The notes beneath the pieces are model-generated. The model did no database searches. It had not been told where the DNA came from and saw only the letters and a list, made by a program, of their open reading frames with translations. From contig SKVX01000169.1 of NCBI GenBank assembly GCA_007129225.1, positions 1 to 47,359 on the forward strand: a DNA stretch of 47,359 bases, written 5' to 3'. Positions 1 to 11,273 of this stretch are shown here, in pieces (within the stretch, counting starts at the first letter, position 1; each line of letters begins with the position of its first letter). The position numbers were made by a program, and so were the translations under genes. Source of the DNA: Halomonas sp. GTDB taxonomy: Bacteria; Pseudomonadota; Gammaproteobacteria; Pseudomonadales; Halomonadaceae.

Positions 1-101
1 CAACTCTCTTCAATTCACAACATGAAGAGCGGAGCGTCTCGCTTGCTGTCGTGGCGACCGACTCTGTCGGCGGCCTCGCCAGCGCCCTGCGAGGAAGGCG
101 T

Positions 102-129
102 ATTCTACTGAAGTGGCTGAGTTTGTCAA
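102..129 (-). promoter_or_regulatory. sigma70 promoter, stable-RNA (rrn) type
   Basis: Minus strand TTGACA (129-124), 16-bp spacer, TAGAAT (107-102), then GC-rich discriminator ACGCC; points out of the window's left edge. Confidence 0.8.
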
Positions 130-205
130 CTCTCTTCGCCGGCCTCACCGGGGTGAGCGTGCCATCGAAGCGCCGGTACCGCCGGCTGCCTTCAGCGTGG
201 CGTGC

Positions 206-233
206 ATTCTACCGTCTCCGGCGCTTCTGTCAA
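206..233 (-). promoter_or_regulatory. sigma70 promoter, stable-RNA (rrn) type
   Basis: Minus strand TTGACA (233-228), 16-bp spacer, TAGAAT (211-206), discriminator GCACGCC; A/T-rich tract upstream at about 258-277. Confidence 0.8.
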
Positions 234-334
234 TCGCGAATCTCACCAGCCGATCCGAAAAAATCAAACAGAAACAAGCACTTTCTCCACTTCCACCGCC
301 GGTAACGTTTGCCCGTTGCCGGCAGCGGATGCGT

Positions 335-363
335 ACTTTAAGGGCTGAGCGTCGCCGCTGCAA
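335..363 (-). promoter_or_regulatory. probable third sigma70 promoter of the same stack
   Basis: Minus strand TTGCAG (363-358), 17-bp spacer, TAAAGT (340-335), discriminator ACGCATCC. Confidence 0.55.
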
Positions 364-402
364 GGACTTTCGTCGCAAAATTTCACGCCCCGCCCGAAAC
401 GC

Positions 403-439
403 CCATCCACAGGCGGTTTCATGGGAGGGCTGTGGATAA
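403..439. promoter_or_regulatory. DnaA box (perfect) plus inverted degenerate box / hairpin
   Basis: TGTGGATAA at 431-439 is the reverse complement of consensus TTATCCACA; CCATCCACA at 403-411 is a 7/9 match; ATCCACAG and CTGTGGAT form an inverted repeat. Confidence 0.5.
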
Positions 440-449
440 CTGGTCGCTC

Positions 450-3323
450 TCAGCTCGCCTCTTCGTGCCGGCTGGCCCGGTCGAGCAGCGACAGGATCGA
501 ACGATAGGGGATCCCCCCATGCAGCGCCAGCCCGATCTCACAGGTCTTCGAGTTGGAGTAGCCCGCATCGCAATCCGCCACCTGGACTGCCAGCCCCTTC
601 AGCGCCGAAGCGTTGAGTTCCGGCGTGGAAAGCCCCTTGTCACCGGCGAACCCGCAACAGGTGATCTCCGCCGGCACCACCACCTCGCGGGCGCAGGCCT
701 TGGCCAGCGCCACCATGCGCTCGCCAAGTCCCATATGAGTACTGGAGCAGGTGACATGTACCGCGACGCGCTCATCGAGCGGCGTGAGGTTGAGCCGGGG
801 CAAGAGGTGGTCATGGGCGAAGGCAACGGGTTCCTGCACCGACAGGCGCTCATCGAGTCGCGACTGCATGTGCAACACACAGGGGCTGGTGTCGCTGATG
901 ATCGGATAGCGACCGTTCTGGCTCGCTACCAGCAGTTCGCGATTGAGCTCACGGGCCTTGTGGGTCGCCTCGTCGAACTGTCCCTTGGAGTGAAACGCCA
1001 TGCCGCAGCAGAGATGGCCCGTCATCTCGGGGATTATCACCTCGAACCCCGCTCGCTCCAGCAGCGATAGGGTGATCTCCATGATCGAACGGCTCTCGGT
1101 ATCGCCATGGGCGGCACCGAACACCCGGGTCGCACAGGAGGGCAGGTAGACCACCTTCTCCTTTGATCCGTCGCCGGACGAACGCTGCTTGAGTACTCGA
1201 ATCGATGCCGCCTTGGGTAGGGTGGGCACCCATTGCGGCACTCGGTTGCCACTGGCCTTCGTTATCGAACCGCTGACACGGGAGAGCCCCTTCTCGCCCA
1301 GCACCGCACGGCCAACGCCCGCCATGTTCAACACACCCCGGGCAATACGGGTTACCCCGGAGAAGTGGCGACCCACCCGGCGCGACAGACCGGCATGCTG
1401 CGCCAGCCGCTCATAGCGCATATCACGGATCATCTCGCCGGTATTGATACCAACGGGGCACTGGGTAGCACAGAGGCCGTCGACGGCGCAGGTTTCGTCG
1501 CCGGCGTAGCGATAGTCGCGACGCAACGTGGCCAGCCGTTCGGCATCCTCCTCGCCAATGACATCGCCGAGAGTCTCTAGCCTTGCCATTTCTCGGGCAA
1601 TGACGATGCGCTGTCGCGGCGTCAAGGTCAGGTCCTTCGACGGACAGACGTGTTCGCAGAAGCCGCACTCGATGCACTTGTCGATGATCTCGTGGGCCGC
1701 CGGCAACGGCTTGAGATTCTCCAGGTGCAGTGTCGGGTTGCGGCTGAGTATGACCTCGGGATTGAGCAGATTTTCGGGGTCGAACAACGCCTTGATCTGC
1801 CACATCAGGGTGTAGGCCTCGGGGCCCCACTCCAGCTCGACATAGGGTGCCATGTTGCGCCCGGTGCCATGCTCGGCCTTGAGCGAGCCGCCGTATTCGA
1901 CGCCGACCAACTGTGCCACTTCGTCCATCAGCGCCTGGTAGCGCTCCACCTCGCCGGGCTTCTCGAAGCCCTGAGGGAAGACGAAGTGCAGGTTTCCTTC
2001 CAGGGCGTGGCCGAAGAGGATGGCCTCGGGATAACCATGGCGGTGGAAGGCATCGGTCAGCGCCTGAACGCCTTCATCGAGTCGCTCGATGGGAAAGGCC
2101 ACGTCCTCGATGATCACCGTCGTGCCGGTATCACGCACCGCGCCCACGGCAGGAAAGAGCCCCTTGCGGATCTTCCAGTAGAGCTCGTAGGTGCTCTTGT
2201 CGCGGGTAAAGGTGACGGGCTCCAGGGTGTGAATGCCTTCAAAGATGTCACGCACCGCCTGAAGGCGGGCCTCGAGCTCGCCCTCGTCATTGCCGCGCAC
2301 GTCGATCAGCAGCGCCGCCGCGCTGTCCGGTAGTGTCTTGAGCACCTCGGGCATTCCCGGCTTGCGCTCCACCGAGCGCAGCGCCGCGCGGTCCATCAGC
2401 TCCACCGCGGAAACCGGCGCCGGCTTGAGGGCGATCGTCGCCCGGCAGGTGGTGGCCATATCCGGCAGGAAGAGCAGTGCCGCGGCTTTCAACGGCTCAT
2501 CCACCACGGTGTCGTAGGTGATGGTGCTGATGAAGCCCAGCGTCCCTTCGGAGCCGATCATCAGATGCTTGAGAATCTCGACACCATCGGTAAAGTCGAC
2601 CAGGCTGTTGAGCGCATAGCCGGTTGTGTTCTTGAGCCGGTACTTGTGGCGAATCTTCTCGGCCAGTGGCGCATTGGCCCGGGTCTCGGCGGAGAGCCGC
2701 TCGAGCCCTTCGACGAGGTCGGCATGGCTACGCCGAAACGCCTCACGACTGGCCGGGTCGGCGGTGTCCAGCCGGGTGCCGTCAGCCAGAATCACGCGAA
2801 TGTCGCGCACCGTACGATAACTGTTCTGTGCTGTACCGCAGCACATGCCCGAGGCGTTATTGGCAGCAATGCCACCGATCATGCAGCTGCCGATGGAGGC
2901 CGGGTCCGGGCCGATCTTGCGGCCGAAGGGGGCCAGCACCTGATTGGCCCTGGCACCGATGACCCCGGGCTGCAGGCGAATCGCCTGCCCTCCCTCGAGA
3001 ATCTCATGCCCGCGCCAGCCTTGGCCCATCTGGATCAGTACGGAGTCCGTGACCGCCTGGCCGGAAAGCGAGGTCCCGGCGGCGCGGAAGGTCACCGGCA
3101 GTCGGCGGGAGCGACACGCCGCCAGCACTGACATCAGCTCATCCTCGCTCTCGGGGCGCACGATCAGCTTGGGGATCAGACGGTAGAAGCTGGCATCGGT
3201 GCCATAGGCCAGGGTGCGCAGCGGGTCGTCGATCAGGCGCTCGGCGGGCATGATCTCGAGCAGCTCGCTCTTTATATCATGCCAGGCGTCGGGCGTGGCC
3301 GGGTCAAGCGTTGCAGGCGTCAT
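450..3323 (-). CDS. dld: FAD-binding and Fe-S-binding D-lactate dehydrogenase (Dld-II type)
   Basis: 957 aa; FAD_binding_4 motifs (RAAGTSLSGQA, GPDPAS, GSEGTLG), EHGTG, ferredoxin motif CIECGFCEHVCP, C-terminal CCG domains; follows lutABC with a 4-bp overlap. Confidence 0.85.
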   Translation of the reverse strand: MTPATLDPATPDAWHDIKSELLEIMPAERLIDDPLRTLAYGTDASFYRLIPKLIVRPESEDELMSVLAACRSRRLPVTFRAAGTSLSGQAVTDSVLIQMGQGWRGHEILEGGQAIRLQPGVIGARANQVLAPFGRKIGPDPASIGSCMIGGIAANNASGMCCGTAQNSYRTVRDIRVILADGTRLDTADPASREAFRRSHADLVEGLERLSAETRANAPLAEKIRHKYRLKNTTGYALNSLVDFTDGVEILKHLMIGSEGTLGFISTITYDTVVDEPLKAAALLFLPDMATTCRATIALKPAPVSAVELMDRAALRSVERKPGMPEVLKTLPDSAAALLIDVRGNDEGELEARLQAVRDIFEGIHTLEPVTFTRDKSTYELYWKIRKGLFPAVGAVRDTGTTVIIEDVAFPIERLDEGVQALTDAFHRHGYPEAILFGHALEGNLHFVFPQGFEKPGEVERYQALMDEVAQLVGVEYGGSLKAEHGTGRNMAPYVELEWGPEAYTLMWQIKALFDPENLLNPEVILSRNPTLHLENLKPLPAAHEIIDKCIECGFCEHVCPSKDLTLTPRQRIVIAREMARLETLGDVIGEEDAERLATLRRDYRYAGDETCAVDGLCATQCPVGINTGEMIRDMRYERLAQHAGLSRRVGRHFSGVTRIARGVLNMAGVGRAVLGEKGLSRVSGSITKASGNRVPQWVPTLPKAASIRVLKQRSSGDGSKEKVVYLPSCATRVFGAAHGDTESRSIMEITLSLLERAGFEVIIPEMTGHLCCGMAFHSKGQFDEATHKARELNRELLVASQNGRYPIISDTSPCVLHMQSRLDERLSVQEPVAFAHDHLLPRLNLTPLDERVAVHVTCSSTHMGLGERMVALAKACAREVVVPAEITCCGFAGDKGLSTPELNASALKGLAVQVADCDAGYSNSKTCEIGLALHGGIPYRSILSLLDRASRHEEAS

Positions 3324-3988
3324 GGGTGCTCCTCGGCATGGCGTATAAGCACGATCAGCTCACGGGGGCCGTGTACCCCGTAAGCCAGGGTCTGCTCGAT
3401 GTCGGCGGTCTTGCTCGGGCCCGAGATGAGCAATGCATTGGTGGGCATACCGCCGGCCCAGCCATGGGCCTCGATCACGTCAAAGAAGGTGTCCTCGAGC
3501 GTGTCGGCATCCAGCACGGCGATATGAATCGGCGGCACCAGGCTGATCAGGCGGGGCTCATCGGGGGTCGGCCACAGCCAGAGGCTGCCAGTCTCGGCAA
3601 TACCACCCCGGGTGGATGTCAAGCCGGCATCCGTGGACGCGAACTGCTCCTGCTGCCACTCCTCCACATCACGATCGGCATCGATCAGGGTCACCTCCCC
3701 TTCGGCCAGGGCGGCACGCGCCTCGGCGGCAACCGGATGCTCTCGCCCCAATGCCAGCCGTCTTGCCCCCTTGGCTTGCAGCAGCTTCGCCAGGTCGGCC
3801 GTCCAGTTGTCACGGGAGGTATGGATGACCTCGCCATGAACGGAGCTGATCCACCGCTCGAAGCGCTCCAGCCGCTCTTGCGCACTCCAGCCGCGCCCGG
3901 TCACGACGGCAAAATCGCTGTCAGGTGCCGTAAGCGGGCCATCGGTGCGCTCACGCAGGCGCTTGAGAATGTTATCGCGGGCGCTCAT
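3320..3988 (-). CDS. lutC: lactate utilisation protein C (LutC/LldG/YkgG)
   Basis: LUD domain motifs GIAETGSL and ISGPSKTADIEQTLAYGVHGP; operon context. Confidence 0.9.
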   Translation of the reverse strand: MSARDNILKRLRERTDGPLTAPDSDFAVVTGRGWSAQERLERFERWISSVHGEVIHTSRDNWTADLAKLLQAKGARRLALGREHPVAAEARAALAEGEVTLIDADRDVEEWQQEQFASTDAGLTSTRGGIAETGSLWLWPTPDEPRLISLVPPIHIAVLDADTLEDTFFDVIEAHGWAGGMPTNALLISGPSKTADIEQTLAYGVHGPRELIVLIRHAEEHP

Positions 3989-5415
3989 GGCTCATCCCCC
4001 CTTTCCCGGCGGTGCGTCTTGACCAGCGCATGCAGCGAGCGCTTTGCCAGCTTTGGCGCGGTGCGGTATTGCGTCCAGGGCCCCAGCTTCGATGGAGTCA
4101 AGGCACGCAGCTTCCCAGCCATGAGCAGGCTCGTTCGCCAGACCGCGGGATGGGTCGCCAACCACTGCCAGCTCTTCCAGGCCGCCACCTCCTTCTTTGT
4201 ACGCTTTACCCCGGCCCCAGGCACGTTGCCTCGCCCCTCACCCACCGCTTCGCGGCGCAGGCGCACCAGCAGGTCGGGAATCGGGATCTTGACGGGGCAC
4301 ACCTCGCCGCAGGCGCCGCACAGGCTCGAGGCCGTCGGCAGGTCCTTGGTCTCCTCCAGCCCCAGCATGTGGGGCATCAGGATGCTGCCGATGGGACCGG
4401 GGTAGGTGGTGCCGTAGCTATGACCACCAACGCGGGTATAGACGGGGCAGTGGTTCATGCAGGCACCGCAGCGAATGCAACGCAGGGTATCGAGCAGCTC
4501 ATCGTCCTGATAAATGCGGGAACGTCCGCTGTCGACCAGCACCAGGTGGACTTCCCGGGGGCCATCATGCTCCCCCGCCTTGCGCGGGCCCGAGATCATG
4601 TTGAAGTAGGTGGTGACATGCTGACCGGTGGCCGAGCGGGTCAGCAGGGCATAGAGCGGCGGCACGTCACGCAGGTGCTCGACCACTTTTTCTATGCCCG
4701 TCACGGCGATATGTACCGGGGGTACCGTGGTGGTCATGCGGCCATTGCCCTCATTCTCAACCAGGCAGAGGGTTCCGGTCTCGGCCACGGCGAAGTTGAC
4801 CCCCGAGACGCCAACATCGGCATTCATGAAGCGCTCTCGCAGCTGGGCCCTGGCGGCAGCGGTCATGTAGTCGACATCACGGGTTCGATCGGTCCCCGTC
4901 TTTTCGTGCATGATGTCGGAGATCTCGTCGGTATTCAGGTGGATCGCCGGCATGATGATATGCGAGGGCGTCTGCTCGTTGAGCTGCACCAGGTACTCAC
5001 CGAGGTCCGACTCCAGCGCCTCGATGCCGGCCGCCTCCAGATGGGCATTGAGGTGCATCTCCTCGGACACCATCGACTTGCCCTTGATGACCGATTTCGC
5101 CCCATGGGATTCGCACACCTCACGAATGATCCGGCACGCCTCCTCGCCATCTTCGGCCCAGTGGACGCGGATGCCGTTGGCCACGCAGTTGGCCTCCAGC
5201 TGCTCCAGCAGGTCGGGCAGCCTGGCCAGCGCCCTCAGGCGGATATTGGCGCCCAGCTCGCGCAGGGTCTCCAGATCCCAGTCGCTGAAGACGTCGCGCC
5301 GCTTGGTCATCAGGCCGTCCATGGCCCGGCGAAAGTTGGAGCGGATCTGGGGGTTGCCCAGGGCATCATGGGCCTGACGGTGAAAGGCCCGCGGCGTATA
5401 GGTCTCGACGCTCAT
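3985..5415 (-). CDS. lutB: lactate utilisation protein B, Fe-S subunit (LutB/LldF)
   Basis: Start reassigned to ATG 5415 (MSVETY), overlapping the lutA stop; motifs KGKSMVSEE, ENEGNGR, CIRCGACMNHCPVY, SSLCGACGEVCPV. Confidence 0.92.
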   Translation of the reverse strand: MSVETYTPRAFHRQAHDALGNPQIRSNFRRAMDGLMTKRRDVFSDWDLETLRELGANIRLRALARLPDLLEQLEANCVANGIRVHWAEDGEEACRIIREVCESHGAKSVIKGKSMVSEEMHLNAHLEAAGIEALESDLGEYLVQLNEQTPSHIIMPAIHLNTDEISDIMHEKTGTDRTRDVDYMTAAARAQLRERFMNADVGVSGVNFAVAETGTLCLVENEGNGRMTTTVPPVHIAVTGIEKVVEHLRDVPPLYALLTRSATGQHVTTYFNMISGPRKAGEHDGPREVHLVLVDSGRSRIYQDDELLDTLRCIRCGACMNHCPVYTRVGGHSYGTTYPGPIGSILMPHMLGLEETKDLPTASSLCGACGEVCPVKIPIPDLLVRLRREAVGEGRGNVPGAGVKRTKKEVAAWKSWQWLATHPAVWRTSLLMAGKLRALTPSKLGPWTQYRTAPKLAKRSLHALVKTHRRERGDEP

Positions 5416-6167
5416 GAGGTTCTCCGCCACAGGTAGCTCGCGATATGCTCGCCCTGGATCGCCTTCTTCTGGTGTTCGAAGCGACCGTTGATGTTCATCA
5501 GGCAGCCGCAGTCGGACGAGACGAAGTGGCTGGCGCCCGTCGCTTCGATGGCCTGAGCCTTGTCCTCCACCATGGCGGCGGAGACTTCCGGGTGACGAAC
5601 GGCAAAGGTGCCGCCGAAACCGCAGCATTCGGCTGCCCGCTCCTGCTCCACCAGCTTGACCTGGCCAAGCCTGGCCAGCAGTGCCGGCCCTGTCTCGGCC
5701 AGCCCCATCTCTCGTCGCGCACTGCAGGAAGTATGCATCGCCACCGCTTCTGCCTGACCACGATCGTCGAGCTGGAGATGGCAGACATGAACCAGATATT
5801 CCGTGAGTTCGTAGACCCTGCTTGCAACCTCGCCGGCCAGCGCCTCCTGATCGGTGCCGGCAAACAGCTGCGGATAATGGGTACGCATCATGCCGCCGCA
5901 GGAGCCCGAAGGAACGATGATCGGCCAGGGCTCCGGGAAGAGCCCGAGCTGCGCCGCCGCCACGGCACGAGCTTCGCTCTGGTAGCCGGAGGTGTAGGCC
6001 GGCTGTCCGCAACAGGTCTGGTCTTCGGGAAAGAGCACCTCGATACCTTCACGCTCCAGCAGGCGGATTCCGTCCAGACCCGCTTCGGGATAGAACATGT
6101 CGACGAGACAGGTGCCGAAGAAATAGACCTTTTCGGACTTGGTGGGATAGAGCTTGACTGGCGTCAT
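5412..6167 (-). CDS. lutA: lactate utilisation protein A (LutA/LldE), CCG domains
   Basis: Motifs QTCCGQP, PSGSC, ECCGFGGTF, DCGCLMNI. Confidence 0.92.
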   Translation of the reverse strand: MTPVKLYPTKSEKVYFFGTCLVDMFYPEAGLDGIRLLEREGIEVLFPEDQTCCGQPAYTSGYQSEARAVAAAQLGLFPEPWPIIVPSGSCGGMMRTHYPQLFAGTDQEALAGEVASRVYELTEYLVHVCHLQLDDRGQAEAVAMHTSCSARREMGLAETGPALLARLGQVKLVEQERAAECCGFGGTFAVRHPEVSAAMVEDKAQAIEATGASHFVSSDCGCLMNINGRFEHQKKAIQGEHIASYLWRRTS

Positions 6168-6289
6168 GAGGTGCCCTCACGGTCGGCCCGCGGGAAGCCG
6201 CGGACTGCGGTAGGATTTGCTGTGTCACAGGACTGTTATTGTCTTGGATGACGTCGAAACTTCGCACTGAATTTGCCTTGCCCCTCTTC

Positions 6290-6322
6290 CTTCGGTAAAT
6301 TGGTAATACCAATTTACCGAAG
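6290..6322. promoter_or_regulatory. LldR/PdhR operator embedded in a 33-bp perfect palindrome
   Basis: CTTCGGTAAATTGGT-AAT-ACCAATTTACCGAAG; the core AATTGGT-N3-ACCAATT (6298-6314) is the FadR-subfamily PdhR/LldR consensus. Confidence 0.85.
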
Positions 6323-6497
6323 AAGAAAAAGGCACATTAGGGTTCGGCTTGCACAGTGTCAAACGACCGGCCACAGATTGCCTCACCGGAAGGGCTATAC
6401 TTTGGTCGATACCACATATCAAACTGTTGCAACCTCATGATAGTTGGCCAAATTTCCTCCCCTCTTTCCGATTGCATCATGACGCCAATCGAGTCAA

Positions 6498-6514
6498 TAT
6501 TGGTCAGACCAATT
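6498..6514. promoter_or_regulatory. second LldR/PdhR operator (autoregulatory)
   Basis: TATTGGT-CAG-ACCAATT, 25 bp upstream of the regulator ATG. Confidence 0.8.
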
Positions 6515-6539
6515 ATAGCCGATCGCCAGGAAAACCCGA

Positions 6540-7313
6540 ATGTCCTATCAGACCGTTCGCCAGCCCAAACTGGCCGATGTCATCACCGAACGCCTTGAGG
6601 CCATGATTCTCGAGGGCAGCCTCAAGCCAGGCCAGCGGTTGCCACCGGAACGGGAACTGGCCGAGCGCTTCGGCGTTTCCCGGCCTTCCCTGCGCGAAGC
6701 CATCCAGAAGCTGGCCACCCGCGGACTGCTGATCAGTCGTCAGGGCGGCGGCACCTTCGTGACCCGTGAACTCAACAGCAGCTACAGCGACCCGCTGTTG
6801 GACATGCTCTCCCGGCATCAGGAATTTCATCTCGACCTGCTGGAATTTCGCGATGCCATGGAAGGTATCTCGGCCTACTATGCGGCCCTGCGCTCCACGC
6901 CGGCCGACAAGGCCATGCTGCTCAAGCGCTTCGAAGAACTGGAAGCCTGTTTCGCCGGCCGCAACCCGGCACTCGAGGCCAAGGCCGACGCCGCCTTCCA
7001 TCTGGCGATTGCCGAGGCGGGCCACAATGTACTGCTGCTGCATACCATTCGCGGCATCTTCCACCTCCTGGAAAAGAGTATCGTCGACAACCTGACCCAT
7101 CTCTTCGAGAAACCCCAGTCGCGCCCGCTGCTGATGAAGCAACACCGCGCCCTGCTCGATGCCATTCTTGAAGGTCGCGCCGAGGACGCTCGTGCTCGTG
7201 CCCACGAACACCTGGTCTTCGTCGAGGAGGAGTTGCTGGAAATGGAGCGCGCCGAGACCCGAGCCCAGCGGGCGCTGCGACGCGCCCAGGCACTACCCGA
7301 AATTCCGAGCTGA
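6540..7313 (+). CDS. lldR: GntR/FadR-family regulator, LldR/PdhR-like
   Basis: HTH LPPERELAERFGVSRPSLREAI plus FCD domain; divergent from the lut operon with cognate operators. Confidence 0.8.
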   Translation: MSYQTVRQPKLADVITERLEAMILEGSLKPGQRLPPERELAERFGVSRPSLREAIQKLATRGLLISRQGGGTFVTRELNSSYSDPLLDMLSRHQEFHLDLLEFRDAMEGISAYYAALRSTPADKAMLLKRFEELEACFAGRNPALEAKADAAFHLAIAEAGHNVLLLHTIRGIFHLLEKSIVDNLTHLFEKPQSRPLLMKQHRALLDAILEGRAEDARARAHEHLVFVEEELLEMERAETRAQRALRRAQALPEIPS

Positions 7314-7325
7314 GGATACTCGCGC

Positions 7326-9243
<1,918 letters not shown>

Positions 9244-9251
<8 letters not shown>

Positions 9252-10626
9252 TCCGGCGGCCGCACCGGTACTGATCGTCGATGACGAACCCCACCTGCGC
9301 ATCACCGCCGGCCAGACGCTGGAACTGGCCGGCTACCTGCCCGAACCACACGCCAGTGCGGAGAGCGCCCTGAAGATGCTCCTGCCTGACTTTCCCGGCG
9401 TGATCGTCAGCGACATCCGCATGCCCGGCATGGACGGAATGGCCCTGCTGAAAGAGGTTCGCCTGCGCGACCCCGACCTGCCGGTCATCCTGATCACCGG
9501 TCACGGAGACATTTCCACCGCCGTTGAGGCGATGCGGGAAGGCGCCTGGGATTTCCTGGAAAAACCCTTTGCCGGCGAGCGCCTGGTGGAGATGGTACGC
9601 CGTGGCGTCGACAAGCGACGATTGAGCCTGGAGAACCGGCGGCTCAAGGCCGAGCTGGAAGCACAGCAGGCTGCACCAGGCCCACGCCTGGTGGGACGCA
9701 CACTGGCCATCCAGCGCCTGGCCTCCATGATCCAGCGTATCGGCCAGGTACAAACCGATGTACTGCTGTTCGGTGAGACCGGTACCGGCAAGGACCTGGT
9801 GGCCCGCGCCATCCATGAGCGCAGCCCGCGAGGCGGTCATCCGTTCGTCGCCATCAACTGCGGGGCAGTGCCGGAAAGCATCATCGAGTCAGAGCTGTTC
9901 GGCCACGAGAAGGGAGCCTTTACCGGCGCCGTGGAGCGCCGTATCGGCAAGTTCGAACACGCCAACGGCGGCACCGTCTTCCTCGATGAGATCGAGTCCA
10001 TGCCCCTGGCCCTGCAGGTCAAGCTGCTGCGGGTGCTGCAGGAGCGCTGTGTCGAACGGCTGGGCGCCAATGAGCCCGTGCCACTGGATATCCGGGTCAT
10101 CGCCGCCACCAAGGTGGATCTCAGGGTCGCCGCCGAGGAGGGCCAGTTCCGCGAAGACCTCTATTACCGCCTCAATGTGGTCACCCTGCCGATTCCGCCG
10201 TTGCGGGATCGGCGCGAAGACATCCCGCTGCTCTTCCAGCACTTCGCCGTTGTCGCGGCCAATCGCAGCGGCCTGGAGGCGCCGCCCCTTGATGCACGCG
10301 GCGTCTCGGCGCTGATGGCCCATGACTGGCCCGGCAACGTCCGCGAGCTGCGCAACCTGGCCGAACGCTATGTGCTGCTGGGCTCGGCCTTCGATTATCG
10401 CCTCGATGACCTGTTAGAAGGTGTCGAGACCGCCGGGGCTGACCTCGCCCTGCCGCAGCAGGTCGAGCTGTTCGAGAAGAGCCTCATCAGCCAGTCGCTG
10501 GCCAGCCACCGCGGCCGGATCAATGACGTCTGCGAACACCTGGGCCTGCCACGCAAGACCCTCTATGACAAGCTGAAAAAGTATGGCCTGAAAGCCGAGG
10601 ACTACCGCCAGAAGGCCGACCCGTAA
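9244..10626 (+). CDS. dctD: DctD-type sigma54-dependent response regulator
   Basis: Receiver (VDDE, SDIRMPG), AAA+ domain (GETGTGK, ESELFGHEKGAFTGA), Fis-type HTH; ATG 9244 overlaps the dctB end. Confidence 0.85.
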
Positions 10627-11273
10627 GCAACCAGCTCGCCCAGCGCCGACCAGGGCGGCAACCAGAGCAGCAAACCTGCCACCAGCAGCAGCATGAGTAG
10701 AGAATTGCCTGGGGCGCGGTAGTCGAACGGCTTGAGCGCCGTGCCGAAGGAGCGCTTGAGCCGCGCCCCGGTAAGATCGACGCTATAGAGCTCGTCCAGC
10801 GCCAGGTGGATGAGATAGCCCAGCCCCAGCGCCAGCCCCTGGGCCCAGGCAAGGCGCCCCTCCTGGGCCAGGAAATGGTAGCTGGCCACGCTGGTCGCCA
10901 GTCCGCACAGCATGGCGGCCAGCAGCGAGTGCCAGATCCCGCGGTGCACGGAGAAACGCTTGAAGATCGGGCTCAATACAAGACGTACCCCGATATAGAG
11001 CCCGCCACAAACCATCAGCAGCGCCCCCGGTTCCAGCCGAGCGTGCAGTAACAGCACGCCGACCATCACCGCCAGCACGGCCATGGTATTGAAGATCAGG
11101 CGCACGGCGTGTGATTGATCGGCATCGATATCGGGCAGGATGCCGCCGAAGGCGGTCAATGCCGCCAGCGGCAGTGCTTCGCCCGGCGTCCAGAGGCCGC
11201 CCTGCCAGCCGGTGACGGCAAGCAGGACACCGCCACCCACGGCGGCACTCAAGTGGGTACGAAAGTCGGCCAT
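10602..11273 (-). CDS. membrane-bound metal-dependent hydrolase (YdjM-like)
   Basis: MADFRTH start, LPDID, HRGIWHS and HLALD motifs, hydrophobic segments; 3' end overlaps dctD by 25 bp. Confidence 0.8.
   Translation of the reverse strand: MADFRTHLSAAVGGGVLLAVTGWQGGLWTPGEALPLAALTAFGGILPDIDADQSHAVRLIFNTMAVLAVMVGVLLLHARLEPGALLMVCGGLYIGVRLVLSPIFKRFSVHRGIWHSLLAAMLCGLATSVASYHFLAQEGRLAWAQGLALGLGYLIHLALDELYSVDLTGARLKRSFGTALKPFDYRAPGNSLLMLLLVAGLLLWLPPWSALGELVAYGSAFWR

Noticed and set aside
51-439. Short ORFs at the window start
   Set aside because: They overlap the promoter stack and have no protein-like features.
5416-6012. 199-aa N-terminal extension of LutB in the ORF track
   Set aside because: Overlaps lutA in another frame; LutB homology starts at ATG 5415, which is coupled to the lutA stop.
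6401-6414. Third LldR-like site TTTGGTCGATACCA
   Set aside because: Spacer is 4 rather than 3 bp and the flanks are poor.
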